A DNA stretch of 14,606 nt, taken from the IMG/VR virus record IMGVR_UViG_2703718848_000009; one strand, given 5' to 3'. The stretch is from a virus (Duplodnaviria; Heunggongvirae; Uroviricota; Caudoviricetes). Below the pieces are notes generated by a model. That model was not told the DNA's origin and made no database searches. It saw only the letters and a program-made list of their open reading frames with translations. The position numbers and the translations under genes are program-made. Shown one piece after another: positions 1-6,594 of this stretch (its first letter is position 1; every line of letters begins with the position of its first letter).

Positions 1-75
1 CCAAGGTTACAATGGCACAAATGCGGCACAGGAGGAAACGTGGTGTATTTAAATATGGGGTAACTCTTTGATTTT

Positions 76-104
76 AATGGTGCGATAATAGGAACAGAAC
101 ATAC
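76..104 (-). repeat. Degenerate direct repeat of the tRNA-Thr 3' end (distal att-site remnant, left island boundary)
   Basis: AATGGTGC-GATAATAGGAacaGAACaTAC at 76-104 aligns with AATGGTGCCGATAATAGGAgtcGAACcTAC at 14533-14562 (one indel, a few mismatches). Same orientation as the right-hand copy. Confidence 0.45.
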
Positions 105-152
105 TCCACAATCAATTGATTTATAATACATTTAATTCATTCCATTTAACTT

Positions 153-177
153 GATACCCCCAAAGATACCCCCATTT
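153..177. promoter_or_regulatory. Tandem GATACCCCCA motifs just inside the left att repeat (putative integrase arm-type or other protein-binding sites)
   Basis: gatacccccaaagataccccca at 153-176; near-identical tandem at 14410-14430 (atacccccaaaagtaccccca), an inverted copy at 14381-14387, and a single copy at 6469-6477. Confidence 0.35.
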
Positions 178-349
178 AAATTTCCTATCCCGACGGAGAA
201 CGATGCTCAATAATTATGAGTTAGTTCTTACGACCCCATAAAAGTTAAAAAATCATGATATTAAACAAAACATCTTTAACAAGTATTCATCACTTATACA
301 ACATTATTTATTAATCATCACATTTGAAACAAAACATCAGAAATTATTT

Positions 350-1129
350 TTATTCATGAAACTCCTTCCAAGTATTAATATATTCTTTAACTGCTTCATT
401 ATCCGAAAATCCTTTTCCACCATCAATAATATATTTTACGTTTTTCCAGTCCATATACACAGACACAATAGCAACTAAATTTACCAGTTTAACTGGTAAC
501 ATATTCATAAAAATATCTAAGTAGTAATCTTGATGTTCTTCAGGGCATTTATCCTTAACAACCTTAAAAACAACATATACACATCGCACCATGGAAAATA
601 TGGCCATAGATGAATCCTCATCAATTTTATTTATGTAATTTTTAACATCCTCAATTTCGCAAGCTCCTTTTTCATCTATTTGTTTCTCAATAAAAGCCCA
701 TATTGCCTCTTCCAATTCACTAACAGCAGCAGATGAGCGGTATTCTTTTCCGTTAATGTTAATAGTAAAACAACTAAACTCCTCTCTTTCTGAAGAGATA
801 AGGTTATAAAAACCGTCTTCAAACCGTTTTAGAAGAACGTCTTTCTCTTGTCTTCTTTCGTCTTTAATTAGTTGCTCGTTTGCTTCTCGTTGAAGTTTCA
901 AGGAATTAATGAGCATAACAATTGTAATGAAGGTCAAGATAGGATTAAGCACACCTCCTACAAAATCCCCGAAAGTGCCCCAATCACCTTTATCATTGGA
1001 AAAACCCATCCATTTGCTAGCATTAAAGATATCTAACGGGCTATCCCAATGATTGAAATGAGAAAAGTAAAAATACCATACAATAGCTATTAATATAAGT
1101 GAAATAACTTTGATTGAGGGCATCTTCAT
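350..1129 (-). CDS. Hypothetical membrane-anchored protein with two N-terminal transmembrane helices and a ~180-aa soluble C-terminal domain; candidate effector of a two-gene cargo system
   Basis: 259-codon ORF. Hydrophobic segments VISLILIAIVWYFYF and FVGGVLNPILTFITIVMLINSL near the N-terminus. ATG at 1129-1127 lies immediately after the TAA of the upstream gene (TAA-ATG juxtaposed). Strongly AT-rich compared with the core of the island. No recognisable catalytic motif. Confidence 0.7.
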   Translation of the reverse strand: MKMPSIKVISLILIAIVWYFYFSHFNHWDSPLDIFNASKWMGFSNDKGDWGTFGDFVGGVLNPILTFITIVMLINSLKLQREANEQLIKDERRQEKDVLLKRFEDGFYNLISSEREEFSCFTININGKEYRSSAAVSELEEAIWAFIEKQIDEKGACEIEDVKNYINKIDEDSSMAIFSMVRCVYVVFKVVKDKCPEEHQDYYLDIFMNMLPVKLVNLVAIVSVYMDWKNVKYIIDGGKGFSDNEAVKEYINTWKEFHE

Positions 1130-1957
1130 TTACAATATTTCTCTAATTATATAAGCCTTGAGCTCTCCAATATGATCGCGCAACTCATAAGCAGAAATGG
1201 TTATAGGTATAAAAGCGTCTTTACCACCTCTGTTATTCCTATCAAGATTCCTTGAAAACTTATTTTTCTGAGACTGCAATACATGTTCCCAATTAAGATG
1301 GTGTCTAAAGGCAATTGAATCTGACTGTCTATCTAATAACAATCGACCAGTTCCTGTTAACATATTAAACCTAGTTATAATAACATTTTCTTCTACTGGT
1401 TGAGCAGATTCATGCTCTACATTGATATTGAAGAGCGTCTGCGTATCCATTTTAGCAACAACTAATTTTTTAGTTGGTGTTCTTCTTCTCAGAAGTACAT
1501 TATATTTTTGTTTCTCAACTGTTTTATGTAAATTCTGTATAGGTTCCTGAATTCTTATCAAAAGTTGTTTTTCAAGCGGTTTAAGACGCTCTACTAAGTC
1601 GATTGCTTTCTGGCTCTTAAGATGGTGAGCTATTCCCATTCCTTTAGAGATGTAATATGACATAACATCAAAAAAAACACCCCTGCCAATTTCATTAAAT
1701 CTTTTTATCTTTTCAGGATCATCAATTCTAAGTTCAAAATTTTGTCCAAACGATCCATCAAATGTATGTTTGAACATATTCCTAAGCCCATGTATAGAGG
1801 TTGATTTTTTGGGGACTGAATCATCTAAAATAGTGCTTGTTGTAATTTGGGTGATGTCAGAAGCTCCAGCAAAAACCTTTATGCCGGAATTCATTTCTAA
1901 TTCTTCAAAATCGTTCTGCCCATGTCCAACCACAACATCCATATCTAAGTTTATCAT
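1130..1957 (-). CDS. Hypothetical cytoplasmic protein (275 aa), first gene of the AT-rich two-gene cargo operon; candidate sensor/partner
   Basis: 275-codon ORF with ATG at 1957 and an AAAGAG Shine-Dalgarno-like element ~7 nt upstream. No predicted TM segments. N-terminal hydrophobic strand plus Gly-rich loop (DVVVGHGQ). Translationally coupled to the downstream membrane protein. No confident family assignment from motif inspection. Confidence 0.7.
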   Translation of the reverse strand: MINLDMDVVVGHGQNDFEELEMNSGIKVFAGASDITQITTSTILDDSVPKKSTSIHGLRNMFKHTFDGSFGQNFELRIDDPEKIKRFNEIGRGVFFDVMSYYISKGMGIAHHLKSQKAIDLVERLKPLEKQLLIRIQEPIQNLHKTVEKQKYNVLLRRRTPTKKLVVAKMDTQTLFNINVEHESAQPVEENVIITRFNMLTGTGRLLLDRQSDSIAFRHHLNWEHVLQSQKNKFSRNLDRNNRGGKDAFIPITISAYELRDHIGELKAYIIREIL

Positions 1958-2182
1958 ATGTTACTCTTTCAGAATTATCGTACATTAATTAAACAACATG
2001 CTATTTCCTTATATTATGTAGAAAACTTGAGTAGACGGCTATAGACAAATTCATACAATTCTGACTTTGTCTCAAAAACTTGAGTTATAACACTTCCAAC
2101 GTATGTAACGCACTGAAGCAACTGTTACTTAGAGCGCGTGTAGCCAAAAATCCCCGCTGGCGGTGCTGGTGGGTGGCAAGTT

Positions 2183-2440
2183 TTGACAGATGCATCCAAC
2201 GATCTGCACATAAAGTTTTCTAAAGCGGCGCGGTTGACACACTNNCGAAAAACCTTATCAAACCTTAGCATTTCTAAGCATAGCAACTTGACACTTTTCG
2301 CGATTTTTTCGGCTTTTTGACGTGGTAAATCTGGCACAAACCCAGTAATGGCGGGGATTACAGCGAGGTTGACACTTTTTCGCGTTCAGAGTGTAAAGTG
2401 TCAACCTGGCAAGCTGCTCAACTTGACACTTTTTGATGTC
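2183..2440. repeat. Array of TTGACAC(T)TTTTCG direct repeats (4 good copies plus variants and one inverted copy); candidate regulatory or iteron-like region between the HTH gene and the cargo operon
   Basis: TTGACAC at 2234, 2288, 2369 and 2423 (spacing 54/81/54 bp), each followed by a T-run and CG. Related TTGACA/TTGACG at 2183 and 2318; inverted GTGTCAA at 2398. NN at 2244-2245 falls inside one copy. Confidence 0.5.
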
Positions 2441-2966
2441 ATTGATGGTCTGATTTTTCCCATTCAGCCAGGGCGTTTAGTCCGGCTTCGCTCCAGTTAT
2501 CCAGCTCGTCAGGACAAGCATCAGCCACATAACAGACCTCACGTCGCAGCGTACCAATCACCAGTTCGGCATTCTGCCTGAGATCATATTGCTCGAAATA
2601 AAACTCAGCATCGCCGTCATCCATCCAAATCCCGCCATCATCAAGAAATTGCACTTCCCAGTCTAATTCCCCGGCTGCATCCAGCACACGTTGCTGTATG
2701 TCGTCGTCCGTTACTGGCGCAGGGATTATACCGTCTCTGGCCTTAACTGCTTTCCAGAACTCGCCCCACGTCATTTCCAGCGTTCTTTCTGGCCACATTT
2801 CAGAAACGGTGTCTTTCCCCTGTGCCGGTGGGCTGTTCCGCTGCTCTGTCGCCTCCACATCAATTTTTTTGCCAGACATGATCACTTCGCCTTTCTCGAT
2901 CCAGTCGTAAACTGTCTGGCGGCTTACGCCTTTGTATTTGGCGTATTCGGCTTTACTCATCAACAT
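2439..2966 (-). CDS. DNA-binding protein with N-terminal excisionase/AlpA/MerR-type helix-turn-helix and an acidic C-terminal domain
   Basis: N-terminus MSKAEYAKYKGVSRQTVYDWIEKGEV is a typical excisionase-family HTH. GAGGTGA Shine-Dalgarno 5 nt upstream of the ATG at 2966; the ORF-track extension to 3047 lacks an RBS. C-terminal half is Asp/Glu-rich. Confidence 0.7.
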   Translation of the reverse strand: MLMSKAEYAKYKGVSRQTVYDWIEKGEVIMSGKKIDVEATEQRNSPPAQGKDTVSEMWPERTLEMTWGEFWKAVKARDGIIPAPVTDDDIQQRVLDAAGELDWEVQFLDDGGIWMDDGDAEFYFEQYDLRQNAELVIGTLRREVCYVADACPDELDNWSEAGLNALAEWEKSDHQ

Positions 2967-3065
2967 GTAGCTCACCTCATGCATATACGATAAAAAATAA
3001 TTTAATGCGAAAAGGGAATGCGTTGTGGGTATGGAGGAAAGGGGCAATAACCGCCCCTTACTGAT

Positions 3066-3338
3066 TCAGTTGCGCCAGGATGGCTGGCTAAGCGTGGTTT
3101 TCATTACATCATTGACGACCTGCTTTACGATTTCTGTGTTGGCAGTCGTGCTTTCAACATCAACAAAGCCATAATCGCCAATTTCCACCGTCAGGGATTC
3201 CAGTTTCTTCCCCAGTGCATCAGGCAACTCTCCACTGAACCGGTGCCGAAGATTTTCCACCAGCAAAGCCCTGAATGCCTCGCTGTTCTCTTTTTTCTGC
3301 CATAGCTGGCGTTTATCCACTCTGATATTTAATTTCAC
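3066..3338 (-). CDS. Hypothetical protein (90 aa), translationally coupled to the upstream small regulator
   Basis: ORF start overlaps the stop of the 55-aa gene (ATGA overlap at 3335-3338). No recognised motif. Confidence 0.5.
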   Translation of the reverse strand: MKLNIRVDKRQLWQKKENSEAFRALLVENLRHRFSGELPDALGKKLESLTVEIGDYGFVDVESTTANTEIVKQVVNDVMKTTLSQPSWRN

Positions 3339-3502
3339 AGCCTCACCTCTTTAAGTGCCTTATCCATCAGTTGCCGGGCAATAACATGAATCGACGGTGC
3401 CACACCAAGCACAGATTTCTGACGCTTTTCGGCCTGGATACGTTGCAGGGCTTCGATCTGCCCCCGGGAAAGTAAAACTGGCTTTACTCCGTGATTTTTC
3501 AT
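3335..3502 (-). CDS. Small putative DNA-binding regulator (55 aa, possibly ribbon-helix-helix-like)
   Basis: ATG at 3502 preceded by GAAGGGA Shine-Dalgarno. Sequence MKNHGVKPVLLSRGQIEALQRIQAEK... fits a strand-helix-loop-helix pattern. The longer ORF-track version (to 3658) runs through the AT-rich palindrome array and is probably an over-extension. Confidence 0.5.
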   Translation of the reverse strand: MKNHGVKPVLLSRGQIEALQRIQAEKRQKSVLGVAPSIHVIARQLMDKALKEVRL

Positions 3503-3521
3503 GATGATCCCTTCTGAATGA

Positions 3522-3578
3522 CAATAATTGCAATTATTGCAATTATTGAAATAATACCATCGATAATTGCAATAAATG
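3522..3578. promoter_or_regulatory. Array of AT-rich palindromic repeats (CAATAATTG / CAATTATTG with TTGCAA cores), putative operator upstream of the 55-aa regulator gene
   Basis: CAATAATTG-CAATTATTG-CAATTATTG at 3522-3548 and ATAATTGCAATAAAT at 3564-3578, i.e. TTGCAA cores at ~9-bp spacing, directly upstream of the RBS at 3503-3520. Confidence 0.45.
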
Positions 3579-3780
3579 AAACAAAAAGCATCAATAAACC
3601 AACCTTCGGCACTAAATGCTCTGATTTTTCTGCAAAGGTATGGCAGATGTTGCTGCATGCAAACATAAAGGAAATAGCAGAAGAAACAGCGGGGAGTGAA
3701 AAGGGGAAGTTTTTATAAATACACGATTGTCGCCTCACTGCAGGTTAACAGCCACAAACCCCATGATAATAACTTGTTAA

Positions 3781-4104
3781 TTATTTCATCAGATTTTTCA
3801 TTATTTGCGCGATTGAGTACACAAGCAAAAACTCGGCAGCCGCAAGAGTATAAAAAACATAGATTCGCTTAGCCCACCGACGATGAAAGAACTCCTCAGC
3901 ATGGCCGAATGTTCGAGATACAAGCCATGCACCTACTGCACACAGAGCAGGTGCAATGAGCACAGTTATAAACCAGATTGTGATGCCCATCCCATGCCTA
4001 CTGATAATAGCCATTGGTATTGCAAAAATGAATGTTAGAGCAGCATTAGCTAATAGAATATCTTTTAAAGTATTTTCAATTAGTTTTTCTAGATTATCTT
4101 TCAT
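3781..4104 (-). CDS. Small integral membrane protein (107 aa, about three predicted TM helices)
   Basis: Hydrophobic stretches ALTFIFAIPMAIIS, ITIWFITVLIAPALCAVGAWLV and YVFYTLAAAEFLLVYSIAQI. AT-rich coding sequence. The RBS contains a G7 tract (C7 on the plus strand, 4110-4116). Confidence 0.65.
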   Translation of the reverse strand: MKDNLEKLIENTLKDILLANAALTFIFAIPMAIISRHGMGITIWFITVLIAPALCAVGAWLVSRTFGHAEEFFHRRWAKRIYVFYTLAAAEFLLVYSIAQIMKNLMK

Positions 4105-4130
4105 CTAATCCCCCCCGTTGAACATTAATA

Positions 4131-4157
4131 TATAAAAGCCCCTTACTAAGGGGCTTT
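4131..4157 (-). terminator. Rho-independent terminator downstream of the lipoprotein gene
   Basis: Perfect inverted repeat AAAGCCCCTTA / TAAGGGGCTTT at 4135-4157. On the minus strand the stem is followed by TTTTATATATT. Lies 12 nt after the lipoprotein stop at 4169. Confidence 0.6.
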
Positions 4158-4168
4158 GCACGGATTGT

Positions 4169-5311
4169 TTAAAGGGAACTTTTTTTCGCCCCTTCAATTT
4201 CTTCCTGACAAATTTCGTCATTTGTAAATGAGTACTGCAGATAGACATATCCCTGAGTGGAATTGTTCGCTCTGGCCTCAATAGAGATAGTATCGATATT
4301 GTTTTTTAATGGTATTTCTTTTGTTCCCTTCCATGTGGCAGATAAGAAGCGTTCTTTTTTGTTTAGCCCCCTCATCCAGTCCTGAGGATCTTTCCAAATT
4401 GAACCAGCCAGCAAAAAGTCTGTAGTATCAGCCTTTCCATACAGAGAACTTAAAGAATTACTCAATTCTTCAAACTTGGATTTAAGAGCCAATCCATAGC
4501 TATCAGTATCAATATTTTTTCCTAAAGCCCGTATTTGACATAAACCAGCTTTCGGGGAGATCAACAAACCATACATTTCAAAATCTGCGTTTTGCTTCGG
4601 TAATTTATCAGAAGTATACAGATTCACACTGTCTGGTAGTGGCTTGAGCTTAGCACCGATCATATCTTCGATGTTTTTCTGTGTAAGACCGGCTTCTAAG
4701 CCAAACGGACCATCCGCTGGCGGGAGTAAAGGAAGTTGCCCTTGGGAATTTTTGGCTGTTACTTCCGTTTCAGTACTGTTTTTTGCGTCATTATCTTGTA
4801 CTGATGCCAGCTTAACTTCAGCGAGGCCATACTTGGCTGTGAGGTACTTTTGCTGCAACATTGCCATGGTCTGCTCTTCAGTGGCAACAGTAGATAATTT
4901 TAGTACCTTTATCAGACCACCACTATACTGACGAGCATCAGCTTTGGCTTCGTTGATTTTTGCATCTAAGCTGTCAATTTCAGTTTTAATTGAAGCCGCA
5001 AGCTCAGGATCAGGTTTTACTCCAGATACAACAACATCAATTTTGGCACCTGATTCAATAGCATTAATACGCTGTTCCAAAAGCGCTTTATTAGTTCCTA
5101 ATATTTCCAGTCTTGCTGTTGTCAGATTTTTTATCAACCCACCAGAAAACTGCTGGTCAACTTCCTTAGCTGCTGATATTTCACCTTCCGTTTGCGACAG
5201 TTCAGCTTTAAGAGCCGCTACTTCCTGTTTCTGTTCTGGAGTTAACTCTTCTGGCCCACATCCGGTTAACATTACTATACCGACTAATGTTGCAATTAAA
5301 GTTTTATTCAT
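4169..5311 (-). CDS. Lipoprotein (380 aa) with an internal tandem duplication
   Basis: Signal peptide MNKTLIATLVGIVMLTGC with lipobox LTGC. Two copies of a [QR]Q[FY]SGGLIK-containing segment (around residues 52 and 127). Coding sequence is AT-richer than the replication core. Confidence 0.8.
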   Translation of the reverse strand: MNKTLIATLVGIVMLTGCGPEELTPEQKQEVAALKAELSQTEGEISAAKEVDQQFSGGLIKNLTTARLEILGTNKALLEQRINAIESGAKIDVVVSGVKPDPELAASIKTEIDSLDAKINEAKADARQYSGGLIKVLKLSTVATEEQTMAMLQQKYLTAKYGLAEVKLASVQDNDAKNSTETEVTAKNSQGQLPLLPPADGPFGLEAGLTQKNIEDMIGAKLKPLPDSVNLYTSDKLPKQNADFEMYGLLISPKAGLCQIRALGKNIDTDSYGLALKSKFEELSNSLSSLYGKADTTDFLLAGSIWKDPQDWMRGLNKKERFLSATWKGTKEIPLKNNIDTISIEARANNSTQGYVYLQYSFTNDEICQEEIEGAKKSSL

Positions 5312-5445
5312 ATCCCTATTCCAAATGAAAATATTCAGATTAATCTTATCAGGAACCCAGATGCAATTGAATATTCATCTGCTCAGCAACGTAGTAGATT
5401 TCCTCAGAAAGCATCAACAAAAAACCAAGAGAATCCCATCCTCTG

Positions 5446-5733
5446 TTACTGACTACAATTGTTCTTTTTTTGGTATTTCCTGAATGCCTCACCATTGGGC
5501 TGATGTAATCCCATCCCGGCATGTGCCCGGCTGATGGTTTCGCGCATCTCCCCGAAATTATCCTGCCTTGCTGGTGGGCGTGCTGCCTTGTGGATACATT
5601 CCGCGCGACGTTTTGCCGCCTGTTCCCGTGCCTTGTCATCATTCGCCAGCATGATGACCTCAGCCCACCGCGCCGCCGCTCTCCGGTACAGACCACGCGC
5701 TTCCAGTGCTTCCGCTTTGCTGTCGTGAATCAT
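5446..5733 (-). CDS. PerC-family transcriptional activator-like protein
   Basis: KAEALEARGLYRRAAARWAEV matches the conserved PerC/Pch core as I recall it. AAGGAG Shine-Dalgarno upstream. Start overlaps the stop of the upstream ProQ-like gene (ATGA). Confidence 0.65.
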   Translation of the reverse strand: MIHDSKAEALEARGLYRRAAARWAEVIMLANDDKAREQAAKRRAECIHKAARPPARQDNFGEMRETISRAHAGMGLHQPNGEAFRKYQKKNNCSQ

Positions 5734-6272
5734 GCGCCTATTGTCTCCTTTGCTGCCCGGCGCTGGCGTTTGCGCTTCTCATTCAGCGCCACCAGCCGCG
5801 TTTCTGCGTCCTGTTGTTCCTGTGGTGTCACCTCGCCGCACGGCTGGCCTTTCAGGTCGTAGCGTACCCCACCAGCCATTAAGGCGCGGTAATAGTGCGG
5901 ACACTGCGCATAAGATGCCAGCGTCGCACGCAATGCCCCTGGCCCGAATGCCAGCCCCCTGACGGCGAGATCCTGCATCAGGTCGTCGAATATCCCCACC
6001 TTAAGCGGCTTCGGTGCTTCCCGGCTGAATAAGTCAGGCCACAACTCAGTGAGGCGGTTAACGCGCCTGCGGTTTTTGCGCTGGCGTTTGGTCATATGCC
6101 GCCACGGTGTCGCCCCTGTGGGCTTTTGCTGCGCTTTCTGGTTACCGGGCATCACTTTATGCGCCGATGTGGTTTTATCCTGCTCCTGCGCCGCCTGCGT
6201 CGTTTTCTGCGGCGTGCCGTAAATGCCTTTCGGTTTTCTGTTAATGGTCAGCTTAGTCATGCTTTGCCCCAT
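5730..6272 (-). CDS. ProQ/FinO-domain RNA-binding protein
   Basis: PKPLKVGIFDDLMQDLAVRG...LRATLASYAQCPHYYRALMAGGVRYDLKGQPCGEVTPQEQQDAETRL parallels the ProQ N-terminal FinO-like domain (recalled as ARPLKIGIFQDL...[35 protein letters not shown]). The true start may be the Met at 6260 rather than 6272. Confidence 0.75.
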   Translation of the reverse strand: MGQSMTKLTINRKPKGIYGTPQKTTQAAQEQDKTTSAHKVMPGNQKAQQKPTGATPWRHMTKRQRKNRRRVNRLTELWPDLFSREAPKPLKVGIFDDLMQDLAVRGLAFGPGALRATLASYAQCPHYYRALMAGGVRYDLKGQPCGEVTPQEQQDAETRLVALNEKRKRQRRAAKETIGA

Positions 6273-6594
6273 CGTTACAACTGTCTACCGATATAATTGT
6301 TTGATTTATTTAATGTTATTAACACATAACAAAAAAACAATCTGCAAACTGTCTACCAACTCTCTACAGTATTAATACATTGATAATTAATGACTTTTAC
6401 TAAATGGTAGACAGTGTAGATAGTTAAAAGAAAAATTTTAAAAATGAACCCATAACTATCTATTTTTAGATACCCCCGTGGTTTAGAAATATAAAATAAA
6501 CTGTCCACCTCTCTACCACATTAAAAATACCTATATAATTCAAAACATTAATTAGTAGATGGTTGGTAGAGGGTTAAGTGTATCTGTCTACCAA
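6273..6594. repeat. Iteron-like CTGTCTACC repeat array in AT-rich DNA, candidate replication origin downstream of the primase gene
   Basis: CTGTCTACC at 6281-6289, 6349-6357 and 6584-6592; inverted GGTAGACAG at 6407-6415; variants CTGTCCACC (6501), TCTCTACC (6510) and GGTAGAG (6565). Flanked by A/T runs. A 20-N gap follows at 6595-6614. Confidence 0.5.

Noticed and set aside
1130-1957. Metallophosphoesterase or nucleotidyltransferase assignment for the 275-aa cargo protein (DVVVGHGQ resembles GDxHG; GSFGQ...IDD resembles GS...DxD)
   Set aside because: Both matches are partial: the Asp before His is missing in the first, and the spacing is wrong in the second. Not enough to assign a family without a profile search.
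1770-1988. 72-aa plus-strand ORF
   Set aside because: Lies antisense inside the 275-aa gene, has no RBS and a Cys/Ser-rich composition; a chance ORF.
2183-2440. CRISPR array
   Set aside because: The repeats are short (~14 bp) and irregularly spaced (54/81 bp), with some in inverted orientation; not CRISPR-like.
2125-2581. ORFs 2125-2337 (-) and 2348-2581 (+)
   Set aside because: Both lie across the TTGACAC repeat array (one includes the NN), have no RBS and low-complexity translations; the region is better explained as regulatory repeats.
2691-2993. Plus-strand ORFs 2691-2993 and 2698-2910
   Set aside because: Antisense to the HTH gene, which has a strong RBS and recognisable HTH motif.
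3499-3738. ORFs 3499-3738 (-) and 3518-3718 (+) with IIAIIAII-type translations
   Set aside because: Translations are artefacts of reading through the AT-rich CAATTATTG palindrome array; they overlap the promoter/operator of the 55-aa gene.
4644-5483. Plus-strand ORFs 4644-4931 and 4944-5483
   Set aside because: Antisense to the lipoprotein gene; Ser/Cys-rich low-complexity translations.
5349-5962. ORFs 5349-5696 (-), 5521-5862 (+), 5534-5728 (+), 5732-5962 (+)
   Set aside because: Alternative frames or antisense of the PerC and ProQ genes, in a GC-rich region that produces long chance ORFs; Arg/Cys-rich, no RBS.
6096-6296. 66-aa plus-strand ORF
   Set aside because: Antisense to the ProQ/FinO gene N-terminus; Arg/Leu-rich composition.
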